From assembly GCA_964608465.1 (NCBI GenBank), contig CAZSNI010000001.1, forward strand, positions 16,215 through 80,214: 64,000 nucleotides of DNA, read 5' to 3'. Below are positions 28,976 through 37,297 of the stretch, piece by piece. The notes beneath the pieces are model-generated. The model was not told where the DNA came from and did not search any database. It saw only the letters and a list, made by a program, of their open reading frames with translations. The position numbers and the translations under genes are program-made. The DNA is from an uncultured Candidatus Saccharibacteria bacterium (GTDB taxonomy: Bacteria > Patescibacteriota > Minisyncoccia > Phycocordibacterales > DATDWN01). Numbering within the stretch: position 1 is the stretch's first letter; every line of letters begins with the position of its first letter.

Positions 28976-29419
28976 TTATTTGTAAAACTCCACAGTGTCG
29001 CCAACTTTCAGTCCTATCAAATCAGCCTGACCCGAGGCGAGCTCTAAAACGTATAAAGAAGGGGTCTCTGGAGCAAAAACTTTAGGGTAAGTTTGTGGGC
29101 TTACAGCCTTTTCTATGTGGTTTACGACAAAATTTTTATCGATCCAGATGATATCTATAGAAAAATTCATATCTTTCATCCAAAAACTGTGTTTATCTTC
29201 ATTTTCAAACAAGAAAATCATTCCTTGGTTCTGTGACAAATACTTTCTACCAGACAGCCCCTTGGTTTTTGTGTATGCAGTATCAGAAACATCGATATTG
29301 TATGTCTTTCCTTTGACTACTACTCTACTTTCGTAGTTAACAGTAGTAAGGTACCCCACAAGAGTTACTGCCACAACCACAAAAAGAATAATAAGCAAAC
29401 GAGCTTTGTTCGAATTCAT
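28976..29419 (-). CDS. DUF192 (COG1430) family protein
   Basis: ...GLSGRKYLSQNQGMIFLF...MKDMNFSIDIIWID... pattern. N-terminal TM. Confidence 0.65.
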   Translation of the reverse strand: MNSNKARLLIILFVVVAVTLVGYLTTVNYESRVVVKGKTYNIDVSDTAYTKTKGLSGRKYLSQNQGMIFLFENEDKHSFWMKDMNFSIDIIWIDKNFVVNHIEKAVSPQTYPKVFAPETPSLYVLELASGQADLIGLKVGDTVEFYK

Positions 29420-29448
29420 ACAAATATTGTACCACTTTTATACACAAC

Positions 29449-29473
29449 AAAAAACCGCCTAGGCGGTTTTTTG
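29449..29473. terminator. bidirectional rho-independent terminator
   Basis: aaaaaaccgcctaggcggtttttt. Confidence 0.75.
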
Positions 29474-29505
29474 TTTATTTAGTTTTTACAAACTAAACGG
29501 AGAGA

Positions 29506-29817
29506 TTACCATGTTCGGCCACCTCTATCGTTTCCACGATCGAAGCCTCCTGTTCTAGGTGCTCTAGGTTCCATAGGTCGAGCTTCATTTACTGTAAGCT
29601 TTCGTCCATCTAGTTCCTGACCATTCCACTTTGCAATTGCTGCATCAGCATCTGCATCGTTTGCGAACTCAACGAATCCGAATCCTTTTGATCGGCCTGT
29701 CATTTTGTCCATGATAATTGTTGCAGAAGTTACTTCTCCAACTTGTGCGAACGCATCCTTAAGACCGTCGTTACTTGTTGAATATGAAATTCCTCCTACG
29801 TATAGCTTCTTTGCCAT
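29506..29817 (-). CDS. RRM-type RNA-binding protein with Gly/Arg-rich tail
   Basis: RNP-2 LYVGGI and RNP-1 KGFGFVEF. C-terminal RGG-like tail. Confidence 0.8.
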   Translation of the reverse strand: MAKKLYVGGISYSTSNDGLKDAFAQVGEVTSATIIMDKMTGRSKGFGFVEFANDADADAAIAKWNGQELDGRKLTVNEARPMEPRAPRTGGFDRGNDRGGRTW

Positions 29818-29923
29818 TATATTTTCTCTAGTCTTTATTTTAAACTGTAAGGCGACTAGCTTCTCTCCTTTTCAACTTTCTCTTCGAAAATACGAAAACA
29901 TTGAGATACTTACATTACCTACT

Positions 29924-29952
29924 ATTATACTCCTGAGAGTCCCAAAAGTCAA
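29924..29952 (-). promoter_or_regulatory. near-consensus sigma-70 promoter driving the RRM gene (about 100-nt 5' UTR)
   Basis: Minus strand reads TTGACT, 17 bp, TATAAT. Confidence 0.55.
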
Positions 29953-29981
29953 GGTGCCAAAATGTGCCTATAAATAGTGTT

Positions 29982-30085
29982 TTTCAGAGCCTCCGCAGGC
30001 CGAAAGCATGGTTCCGTCAAGGCACCCCGTTCTTGACGGATTTGGCCGAGGACTAGCTAAAAAGACCCGCTGGGGTCTTTTTAGG
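29982..30085 (+). ncRNA. candidate structured sRNA, copy 2 (paralog of 1144-1258), with intrinsic terminator
   Basis: tttcagagcctccgcaggccgaaagcatggttccgtcaagg...cttgacggatttggccgaggactag, then agacccgctggggtcttttt. A TATAAA -10 element lies 7 bp upstream. Confidence 0.35.
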
Positions 30086-30111
30086 AAGCGATGAAAAATA
30101 CTATTTAGATA

Positions 30112-30834
30112 TTACTTCACTGAGACGGTTTTCATGATAACAGGCTGTACAGGCTTATCATTCGCTCCAGTCTGCACATTTGCTATCTTATCTACAACAT
30201 CCTGTCCCTCAACGACTTTACCGAAAATAGTATAAGCGTTTGGTAGTGGGTAGTCAGCATGCATTATGAAAAACTGACTGCCGTTTGTATTTGGACCTGC
30301 GTTCGCCATAGCAACTACACCTTTTTTATACCCTGCCTTATATGAAGCTGTGTTTGGGTTTAGTTCATCTTCAAACTTGTAACCAGGACCACCTGTTCCG
30401 TTTCCACTTGGGTCTCCACCTTGAATCATAAAACCTTTTATAACTCGGTGAAATGTAAGTCCGTTATAAAAACCTTTGTCAGCTAGTGTTACAAAGTTCT
30501 TCACTGTGTTTGGTGCATCCTCGTTGTAAGTTTCAAAAACTATTTTTCCGTAATTTGTTTCTAATGTGATCATGTTTGTTTTTTTGTTTGGGCTAATTGT
30601 ATTTGTTGTATTTGTGTTTGTAGTTGTATTTCCTTCTGGTGGCAAAGTGCCATCTTCGAAAACTGGTGTGGTTGTAGAGTACTCAAGCAAAGTATCATCC
30701 AAACCTGGGTCTACTACTTTTTTATCTTCCTTAAACAAATAATATCCTCCAACTATTACTAAACCTGTTACTATAAATCCCAATAATAAATTTTTCATAA
30801 AAAGAAGTTTAACATAAAAATAAAAGGAAACCAC
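30112..30834 (-). CDS. ppiB: cyclophilin-type peptidyl-prolyl cis-trans isomerase with N-terminal TM and Thr/Asn-rich linker
   Basis: FHRVIKGFMIQGGDP...GPNTNGSQFFI. Confidence 0.85.
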   Translation of the reverse strand: MVSFYFYVKLLFMKNLLLGFIVTGLVIVGGYYLFKEDKKVVDPGLDDTLLEYSTTTPVFEDGTLPPEGNTTTNTNTTNTISPNKKTNMITLETNYGKIVFETYNEDAPNTVKNFVTLADKGFYNGLTFHRVIKGFMIQGGDPSGNGTGGPGYKFEDELNPNTASYKAGYKKGVVAMANAGPNTNGSQFFIMHADYPLPNAYTIFGKVVEGQDVVDKIANVQTGANDKPVQPVIMKTVSVK

Positions 30835-30918
30835 TTTTTATCGCATCCCCTAATATTGACTATACTGAAAAAATAATTAGACTATATTTTGGACAAATTT
30901 CAAGGAGTCGCAAGACGC

Positions 30919-31431
30919 ATGAACAGACACGAAGTAATCAGGGCGTTCACCGAACTCGATCGCGAAGCGTTCGGGGACAAGATGCTCAAGTCGCTCGGCC
31001 TCACGGAGCGGGAACTCGAACTTCTCTTGGGGGCACTCAACGCTGTCCCCGATGACAGCTTCGAAATCCCGAACTTCAACGGCCTCGCGAAGAAGCTCAA
31101 GATCAGCAACCCACTCATCCAGATGCTCAAGAAGAAGGGCTACGTCAAGAACGGCTCTGGTCGTGGGAAGTGGGAGGTGACCGAAGGCGGGCTGAAGAAG
31201 ATGGCCAAGTCGATGCAGGTGTCGATCGATGGTGGCGAGAGAATGCCGCCGCCGGAAGTCGTCGAGCTGGAAGACGAGACTCTCCTCTGGCAGAAGTACC
31301 CCATCGACGGCATGACCCTCACGCAGATCGCTGACCGACTCAACGACATCGACAAGTCGGTCGCCGATCTCCTCGCTGAAAAGCGAGCGGTGCAGGGACA
31401 GCTTCGCAAGATGGCGACTCCGATGATGTAG
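30919..31431 (+). CDS. hypothetical 170-aa protein, GC-rich, possible HTH
   Basis: AAGGAG SD. About 55% GC. K/E-rich natural-looking composition, whereas the antisense frame is R/L-rich. Confidence 0.5.
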   Translation: MNRHEVIRAFTELDREAFGDKMLKSLGLTERELELLLGALNAVPDDSFEIPNFNGLAKKLKISNPLIQMLKKKGYVKNGSGRGKWEVTEGGLKKMAKSMQVSIDGGERMPPPEVVELEDETLLWQKYPIDGMTLTQIADRLNDIDKSVADLLAEKRAVQGQLRKMATPMM

Positions 31432-31443
31432 GGAGACAACCCA

Positions 31444-31489
31444 AGAAAAATCGAAAAGGGACTGACAACGCTCGCGCGTTGCCAGTCCC
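31444..31489. terminator. near-palindromic GC hairpin terminator between convergent genes
   Basis: gggactgacaacgctcgcgcgttgccagtccc, with a T-tract on the minus strand. Confidence 0.6.
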
Positions 31490-31510
31490 TCGTTCGTCTC
31501 GAAAGACTTC

Positions 31511-32857
31511 TTACAGATCACTCTCTTTGTACTTGTAACCAGCCGCCTCCAATCTTCTCCAGACTCTAGCGACAACCCTCTTTACGTTATCCTCGCTAAA
31601 GCCAAAATGTTTCGCGGTTTGTGAAAGCCCCTTACATGCTACGTCTGAACGACCGTAGTACGTCAGGAAAACTTCCTGTTCGACGATTGATAAGGGCTGC
31701 AACTTAGCGCCCAGTGAGCGGTAAACCTCGTCGTCCTTTTTTACGGGACTAATAGGTTTCGATTCTCTTGTGACTTCCGGAGCCAGTTCCGCAACAGAAA
31801 CATGATTACTCGGTTCTGGAACGTATGAGGCGAGTTCCTTGAGTTCGTTGAGACCTCTCACGAAGTCCCGCATCTCTCCCTTTCCCATCCTCAAGTAACC
31901 AAGAACCTTGTACTCGATCTGCCTGATGCGTTCCCGGGTAAGAGCAAACCTCTGCCCAACTTCTTCAAGTATTTTGGGATCAAAGGTTCCATCATCCAGA
32001 CCATAAAGCGCAAAGAATTTCTCAGCGTGTTTTGGTACAACACGCAGGACCTTTGCTTTTATGTTCTCCAACTTGAGCATTGCAACCTCGAGCTCCATCC
32101 GAGCCTCGACAGCTACAGCATCACTGTTGTGTCCGACGTCAGCGATAAAGTCGTTTATCACGACCTCTTCGCCATCTTTAGAAGTCCACACCGGCGTTTC
32201 CAATGACGAATCCCCATTAACAAGTTTCGCCCTTCTAACCTTCGCCAGTTTCGACTTACTCCAACCTAACGACGACATTGCTTCGTCATCGTCAGGTTTT
32301 GTACCACTCCCACCTTCGATGTTTCTCTCGAACCTCACAAGCTTTACCACATCACTGTACATGTGCTGTGGCAAACGAATGTTTCTCGAGGTGTTCGCCA
32401 AGGCGCGAGATATTGCCTGTCGTATCCACCACGTGGCATAAGTCGAGAACTTGAAACCTCTTTCCGCTTCAAATTTATCAACTGCCAACATGAGGCCAAT
32501 GTTTCCCTCCTGAATCAAATCCAGGAATTCCAAACCCCAATTGCCATACTTTCTGGCAATACTTACCACAAGTCGAAGGTTATGTCTTATCAACCTCTCC
32601 TTGAGTTTGGGGTCTCTAGTTGTTTGATACTCAGTGAACAACCTCACCTCTTCTGCTTTTTTGAGCAAAGGAAGTTCACCAGCCTCAACGAGGTAACGAT
32701 GAACGATATCATGTGGTTCTTTTGAAACCACGACGTTATCGTCAACATCTTCATCCACATCGAGTAGTTCCCAGACTTTCTCAGCCGGGATCTTGTCCAA
32801 ATCCTCTTCCAAATCATCGGGAGAGGAATAGTCTACTACGGCATCTGCCTCTGACAT
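31511..32857 (-). CDS. sigma-70 family RNA polymerase sigma factor (regions 1.2-4) with an extra C-terminal region-4-like domain
   Basis: Region 2 [39 protein letters not shown]. Region 4 [14 protein letters not shown]. Additional [15 protein letters not shown]...[12 protein letters not shown]. Confidence 0.8.
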   Translation of the reverse strand: MSEADAVVDYSSPDDLEEDLDKIPAEKVWELLDVDEDVDDNVVVSKEPHDIVHRYLVEAGELPLLKKAEEVRLFTEYQTTRDPKLKERLIRHNLRLVVSIARKYGNWGLEFLDLIQEGNIGLMLAVDKFEAERGFKFSTYATWWIRQAISRALANTSRNIRLPQHMYSDVVKLVRFERNIEGGSGTKPDDDEAMSSLGWSKSKLAKVRRAKLVNGDSSLETPVWTSKDGEEVVINDFIADVGHNSDAVAVEARMELEVAMLKLENIKAKVLRVVPKHAEKFFALYGLDDGTFDPKILEEVGQRFALTRERIRQIEYKVLGYLRMGKGEMRDFVRGLNELKELASYVPEPSNHVSVAELAPEVTRESKPISPVKKDDEVYRSLGAKLQPLSIVEQEVFLTYYGRSDVACKGLSQTAKHFGFSEDNVKRVVARVWRRLEAAGYKYKESDL

Positions 32858-32911
32858 GTCCCCTCCGTTTTCAAGTTACTTTTGAGTCCGCGACTGATTA
32901 TACATATAATC

Positions 32912-33841
32912 TTAATTTATTCCACAAAGTTTTTTGAGCTCTACAATATCGCTTGCAGTAGCTTTCTCGTTGTAGCCGTTGTTTAGGCGGTACATTATAG
33001 CTTTTGGATCTTCTATGTGATCTAGGCCAAGTGCGTGCCCAAGTTCGTGGGCCAAAACACGAACAAGCTTTGTTCTGTTATCAAACTGATAAATATCTAT
33101 CCTGCGTCCAGTAGAGTCACTAGTGAAACTACCCTCCTCAAACTCCCCACCCAAACTTCGCCCAATTGTGTTGAACTCTTTAACGTTCAAATTCAAATTT
33201 CCCGCCAAAGTGTTTAGAGTTTTTGTCATTTGGTTTATAGCAGAAACTTGTGAGCTCAAATTTTCCTGCATTTGGTTTATTGAAGCAATCTCTTGATTCA
33301 GATAATTCTTTTCTGTGTTTAGCCTTTCAACTGTTTGCTTGTTGGCACCACCCCTACTGTTTATCAGACTCACCTCTGACTCATATGCTTTTTTACGCGC
33401 CTCAAATTTAGAAACTTTTGTATCAAAAGTTGCCTTGGTTTGGTTGTACAAACTGAGCATCGAATTGTACTTCGCTTTTAGATTGTCGTATGAAGCTCTA
33501 CTACTTTCCACCTCAACACCTATTTCCTTCAACTGCAGAGTGGACTCCTGTCTTTCGTCAAAGATGAGGTTTATCTTCAAGTCCCCATCTGCTTTATATT
33601 TAAATAAATCTTTTCCTACAGTCGTTTCCCACAAACTTTCAGCATCTTGCAGAATATTTAGAAACTCATCTTCGCTTAATCCAAACTCTGTATCAAATTC
33701 TCCAAGTGAATAAGCGATTGGGGATCTACAAGGAAAATATGTATGGTAAGACTGCAACCAAATGTTACGCAAAGTATCCTGGTATATGTATACCGCAAAA
33801 ACTACTGCTCCTAAAAAAAGTATGTTGAAAATTCTATTCAC
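32912..33841 (-). CDS. membrane-anchored zinc metalloprotease (HExxHxxGxxH, matrixin/zincin-like) with coiled-coil region
   Basis: AHELGHALGLDH motif. N-terminal TM. Confidence 0.7.
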   Translation of the reverse strand: MNRIFNILFLGAVVFAVYIYQDTLRNIWLQSYHTYFPCRSPIAYSLGEFDTEFGLSEDEFLNILQDAESLWETTVGKDLFKYKADGDLKINLIFDERQESTLQLKEIGVEVESSRASYDNLKAKYNSMLSLYNQTKATFDTKVSKFEARKKAYESEVSLINSRGGANKQTVERLNTEKNYLNQEIASINQMQENLSSQVSAINQMTKTLNTLAGNLNLNVKEFNTIGRSLGGEFEEGSFTSDSTGRRIDIYQFDNRTKLVRVLAHELGHALGLDHIEDPKAIMYRLNNGYNEKATASDIVELKKLCGIN

Positions 33842-33845
33842 GATT

Positions 33846-34301
33846 TTAGTTTTCTCTTTCAGAGATTTCTTTTATTTTCTCTATCGCTTTTGGCCACATC
33901 TCTCCAAACATTTCCTCGTATTGGTCCTCTATATCTTGCATTAGAATAAACTTTGAACCTTCACCATCTTTTTCTATAGTGTAGTTCTCGTATGCTGGAG
34001 CCCATGCCTTTACCGCATCGCTAGTAGTATCCACTACACCGTTTTGCATATAACCCAAGTGTCGTATAGAAACATACTCTGGTTTTCTACTTTCTGCTAT
34101 TTCAGAAACCATTCCACCTTTTTCTCCTTTTTCATCTACTCCTACAAAGTTTATCTTATCCCCAGTATTCCACCCTCCTTCAAAGTAAGATGTAGGTTGA
34201 AACACAGACGTCCATTCTCTGTATTTTTTGTCGTCAGTTATTGTGTCCCAAACTTTTTCCTGACTAGCATTTATGTGTATTTCTAAATTTAATTTTTTCA
34301 T
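33846..34301 (-). CDS. SRPBCC-superfamily (AHSA1-like) protein
   Basis: 151 aa. N-terminal KVWDTITD pattern typical of the Aha1/SRPBCC fold. Confidence 0.55.
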   Translation of the reverse strand: MKKLNLEIHINASQEKVWDTITDDKKYREWTSVFQPTSYFEGGWNTGDKINFVGVDEKGEKGGMVSEIAESRKPEYVSIRHLGYMQNGVVDTTSDAVKAWAPAYENYTIEKDGEGSKFILMQDIEDQYEEMFGEMWPKAIEKIKEISEREN

Positions 34302-34324
34302 ATTATTTTTGATTAAATATAATT

Positions 34325-34915
34325 TTATTCACAAACAGCATTTACATCATTTTTATATGTTTCAGTCACAAAACCTAAATTATTTGTACACCAAAACTTT
34401 CCGGCTCCAGACGTCACTGAAAGATTGTATTCGTATTGCGAACTATCGCACTTGATTTCAACATTCGGAGTAGCTCGCAAATCAGCATAAACCTTGGCGA
34501 GTGGATCTGTTTTTGCATTACACATATCTTTATAACTATTTTTGTTCGACTTATAGTAAGTCTCTGCATTTGCCCTGAAGCCATAAATATACGAGCGAAT
34601 AAATGCTTCTTCCTTGTCCTCGGGTGGAAGTGTGGGAAGCATAACAGGTTCAGTTATATCACTATTATATGACGCTCTATAAATGCCCTGCATTATAAGT
34701 GATGGCAAAAAAAGCATTGCAACAATAGCTATCAATATACTAGATACCTTTGTTCCCTTTCCGGACCCTGAAACTGCAGCACTGGGTATACCAGTTATGC
34801 CAGCAGAAATCTCTGCCTCACTCCAGCCTCCACCACGCAAATCCTGCGCTATCTGCGCATCTGGCTTTCCTGCCAGTCTCGCAGCATCTACATATTTTTT
34901 TACTTCTGGGTTCAT
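34325..34915 (-). CDS. hypothetical single-TM protein, C-terminal disulfide-containing pilin-like region
   Basis: Central TM helix (VSSILIAIVAMLFL). C-terminal Cys pair. Confidence 0.4.
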   Translation of the reverse strand: MNPEVKKYVDAARLAGKPDAQIAQDLRGGGWSEAEISAGITGIPSAAVSGSGKGTKVSSILIAIVAMLFLPSLIMQGIYRASYNSDITEPVMLPTLPPEDKEEAFIRSYIYGFRANAETYYKSNKNSYKDMCNAKTDPLAKVYADLRATPNVEIKCDSSQYEYNLSVTSGAGKFWCTNNLGFVTETYKNDVNAVCE

Positions 34916-34954
34916 ATTTTTATTTATACAATTTAATTATTCTAGTATATTGAG

Positions 34955-35347
34955 CTACTTTACTCGAACAAGCTTCCCTTTCATCTTAACTATATTTTTA
35001 TAATCCCACTGTATGAGTTTACTTTTTTTAAGCCATCTCTTTAAATATTTTTCATTTACCTCATTTACATTGTTGTAAATAATCCGCGCGTCTTTAAACC
35101 TTCCCTTACTTGGAACAAGTAAAGGTTCATCAAAATCCCTTCCACTCCAAAACATAAGACTAATCCCCGCTTTGAGTTTTGAATAGCCCACTATTGGGTT
35201 ACCCTCCAAAAACCAAACCGCTGTCCTGTGCCATACTTTATTTTCTGCCTTTGGTAATCCAGCATCTATTTCTTTTGCCAAAAGGTTACATATCTTTTTA
35301 TCTGACACAGACATCTTTTCGTTGTACTCTCTAATTTCAGTATTCAT
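34955..35347 (-). CDS. DUF1801/YdhG-like domain protein
   Basis: 130 aa. Weak family pattern. Confidence 0.4.
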   Translation of the reverse strand: MNTEIREYNEKMSVSDKKICNLLAKEIDAGLPKAENKVWHRTAVWFLEGNPIVGYSKLKAGISLMFWSGRDFDEPLLVPSKGRFKDARIIYNNVNEVNEKYLKRWLKKSKLIQWDYKNIVKMKGKLVRVK

Positions 35348-35360
35348 AATTTTATATAGA

Positions 35361-35783
35361 TTAACTATTCTCTACGTGCTTTTTAAAATTGTTCATGAAT
35401 GCCTGCCAACCAGATCTCTGCAACTCCTCAGAGTTTTCATTTTCCATTTCAAATTCTTCTACAACTTTTACAGAACCATCTCCGATCTTTTGGAAATCAA
35501 CAGAAACTGTTCTTCCGTCATCCAATGTAAACTCTATTTTTTCCATAGGAACTACATTTGTATATACACCAGTGAAATCAAAGCCGGATGACCCGTCCTT
35601 TGCTGACAATCGTGTTAGAAACCTTCCTCCTGTTTTTAAATCATTTTCTGCGTGTGGCGCTTCCCAAGTTTCATCGGCAAAAGCCCACTTTGTAATATGT
35701 TCTGGACTAGTCCAGAATTCCCACACTTTTTCCATACCAGCGTTAATCACCGCCTCAACTGTTATTTTTTTCATATAGACCAT
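35361..35783 (-). CDS. SRPBCC-superfamily (AHSA1-like) protein
   Basis: ITVEAVINAGMEKVWEFWTSPEHITKW signature. Confidence 0.6.
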   Translation of the reverse strand: MVYMKKITVEAVINAGMEKVWEFWTSPEHITKWAFADETWEAPHAENDLKTGGRFLTRLSAKDGSSGFDFTGVYTNVVPMEKIEFTLDDGRTVSVDFQKIGDGSVKVVEEFEMENENSEELQRSGWQAFMNNFKKHVENS

Positions 35784-35839
35784 ATTGTACCAAAAATCGG
35801 CTTGGATATTAAATAGAATAAAGTCTATAATAAATACCG

Positions 35840-36271
35840 ATGAATACTTTTTTTAATAAGTTTGGTTTTGTTACTTGGCAACTTCCTGGAATATTTCTTC
35901 TTACAATAGCTTTCTGGCTAAACGGGATTCGTATAGTAAAAATAATGAACTACTATTCATTCTGGGGAGGCGTTGGAAGTATTATTATTTACGTACTCAG
36001 TTTCCCTGTCGCTTTTCTTGCAATAAAAGCTGTAAGCAAAATTTTGAAACTAACAGAGAAACAAGTGTATCCAGCTATCATTTTAATAGTATCGCTGGTT
36101 GGACTACTACATGGAGTAGCTCTTACATATAAACCAGAAATGTACCGAGCCACTGGTGAGTCGCTTATATTTGCGACTGCATGGATTATTTGGTTCTGTG
36201 GCGCAACCATACTCACATTGTTTTACATTCAACAAAAAGATTCTCCCTCAGAGAAAATTAATCAAAGTTAA
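35840..36271 (+). CDS. hypothetical 4-TM membrane protein
   Basis: 143 aa with four hydrophobic helices. Confidence 0.45.
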   Translation: MNTFFNKFGFVTWQLPGIFLLTIAFWLNGIRIVKIMNYYSFWGGVGSIIIYVLSFPVAFLAIKAVSKILKLTEKQVYPAIILIVSLVGLLHGVALTYKPEMYRATGESLIFATAWIIWFCGATILTLFYIQQKDSPSEKINQS

Positions 36272-36282
36272 AAACGGCGCCG

Positions 36283-36312
36283 GGGTGTAAACCCTGACGC
36301 CGTTCCGGCTTG
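36283..36312 (-). terminator. GC-rich hairpin terminator of cassette E
   Basis: cggcgccgggg...ccctgacgccg plus T-tract on the minus strand. Confidence 0.5.
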
Positions 36313-36324
36313 GTGCGAACTGGA

Positions 36325-36486
36325 CTAAATCTTCCAGATCGCGTGCTCGTAGCCGTTGTTGGCGGGAACGACCTTGGTCGCTTCCACACCGTGGCCCGTG
36401 CTGGGCTGGCCGAAGTTCTTGTCCATGTAGGACAGGATGCCGACGACCAGCACACACACAACCACAAACAGAACGTTATCTCGCAA
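36325..36486 (-). CDS. 53-aa exported/membrane-anchored peptide in GC-rich cassette E (TTG start)
   Basis: AAGGAGA SD, 6 nt, then TTG. MRDNVLFVVVCVLVVGILSYMDKNFGQPSTGHGVEATKVVPANNGYEHAIWKI. Confidence 0.4.
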   Translation of the reverse strand: MRDNVLFVVVCVLVVGILSYMDKNFGQPSTGHGVEATKVVPANNGYEHAIWKI

Positions 36487-36567
36487 TACCTGTCTCCTTG
36501 AAAGACGTTTGTAGTATTATAGCACATAATACTACTTTGTCAACTTTTCACTATGAATATCCTCTGG

Positions 36568-37281
36568 CTAATTATTCCCCCAGCCTCTTCCACTTCCGCC
36601 TGAACCATTTTCTTTCGGTGACGCTATTATACTTTCATACTCCTGTTCTGTTATGTATTCTGGCTTATATGTAACTCCTCGTGACTTCAACTGAGAAACA
36701 AAAGACCTCAAGTGGTTTCTAGATCCTCGCATCAAATTTTCATATACCAGTTTTATATCCTCGTTGTCTGTTTTAGAAATATTATTTTGTAAGTCCATTA
36801 TGTCCAGGTCTTCAATAAACGCACCAACAGACAGCGCTTCTTCTACAGAAACTTCTCCTCGTTTTACTAGATCATCAAAAAGTTTTTTCAATTCTGCATT
36901 TACAAACACTCCCACCGTATCGTTAGTTACCGGATCTTTAATATTGTATTTCACAAGTATCGCTCGCACAGCTTCGGTGTGAGTTTGTTCACTTTGTGAA
37001 ATGTTTGAAAATATTGGCACTCCCCACTTTTCAAATAATGTTATGTACACATCTCGCGCCAGCTTCTCCTCCTCTCGCATATATAGTAGCCCTTGTTTTT
37101 CATCTTCTGATATAGCTTGTGTAGGCAGAGCACTTACTCCAGGTCTTACTGACAAGAAATCCGAAGGCAACGGCACACTATCCGATGCCTGGTCCACATC
37201 AGCACTATTTTGCTTAGTAAACACATACGCTGAGGTTAATAAAACCACAAGAATTATGATAATTTTGGTTGTTGTTTTCAT
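36568..37281 (-). CDS. DUF2202 ferritin-like-superfamily protein with N-terminal TM
   Basis: LYMREEEKLARDVY...RGSRNHLRSF. Start set at MKTTTKIIIIL. Confidence 0.65.
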   Translation of the reverse strand: MKTTTKIIIILVVLLTSAYVFTKQNSADVDQASDSVPLPSDFLSVRPGVSALPTQAISEDEKQGLLYMREEEKLARDVYITLFEKWGVPIFSNISQSEQTHTEAVRAILVKYNIKDPVTNDTVGVFVNAELKKLFDDLVKRGEVSVEEALSVGAFIEDLDIMDLQNNISKTDNEDIKLVYENLMRGSRNHLRSFVSQLKSRGVTYKPEYITEQEYESIIASPKENGSGGSGRGWGNN

Positions 37282-37297
37282 ACCTACATTATACCAC

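Noticed and set aside
29971-30105. Imperfect inverted repeat (aaatagtgttttt / aaaaatactattt) flanking sRNA copy 2, by analogy with the 21-bp IR of copy 1.
   Set aside because: Only 11/13 matches in an AT-rich context, and the arms are asymmetric with respect to the motif. It may be chance.
30877-31575. 232-aa minus-strand ORF covering the GC-rich island.
   Set aside because: It is antisense to the SD-preceded 170-aa plus-strand gene. Its Arg/Leu-rich composition is typical of spurious ORFs in GC-rich DNA, and it has no SD.
36248-36527. Three overlapping 63-89-aa ORFs in cassette E.
   Set aside because: None has an SD and their compositions are artefactual. The TTG-initiated 53-aa frame with an AAGGAGA SD was preferred.
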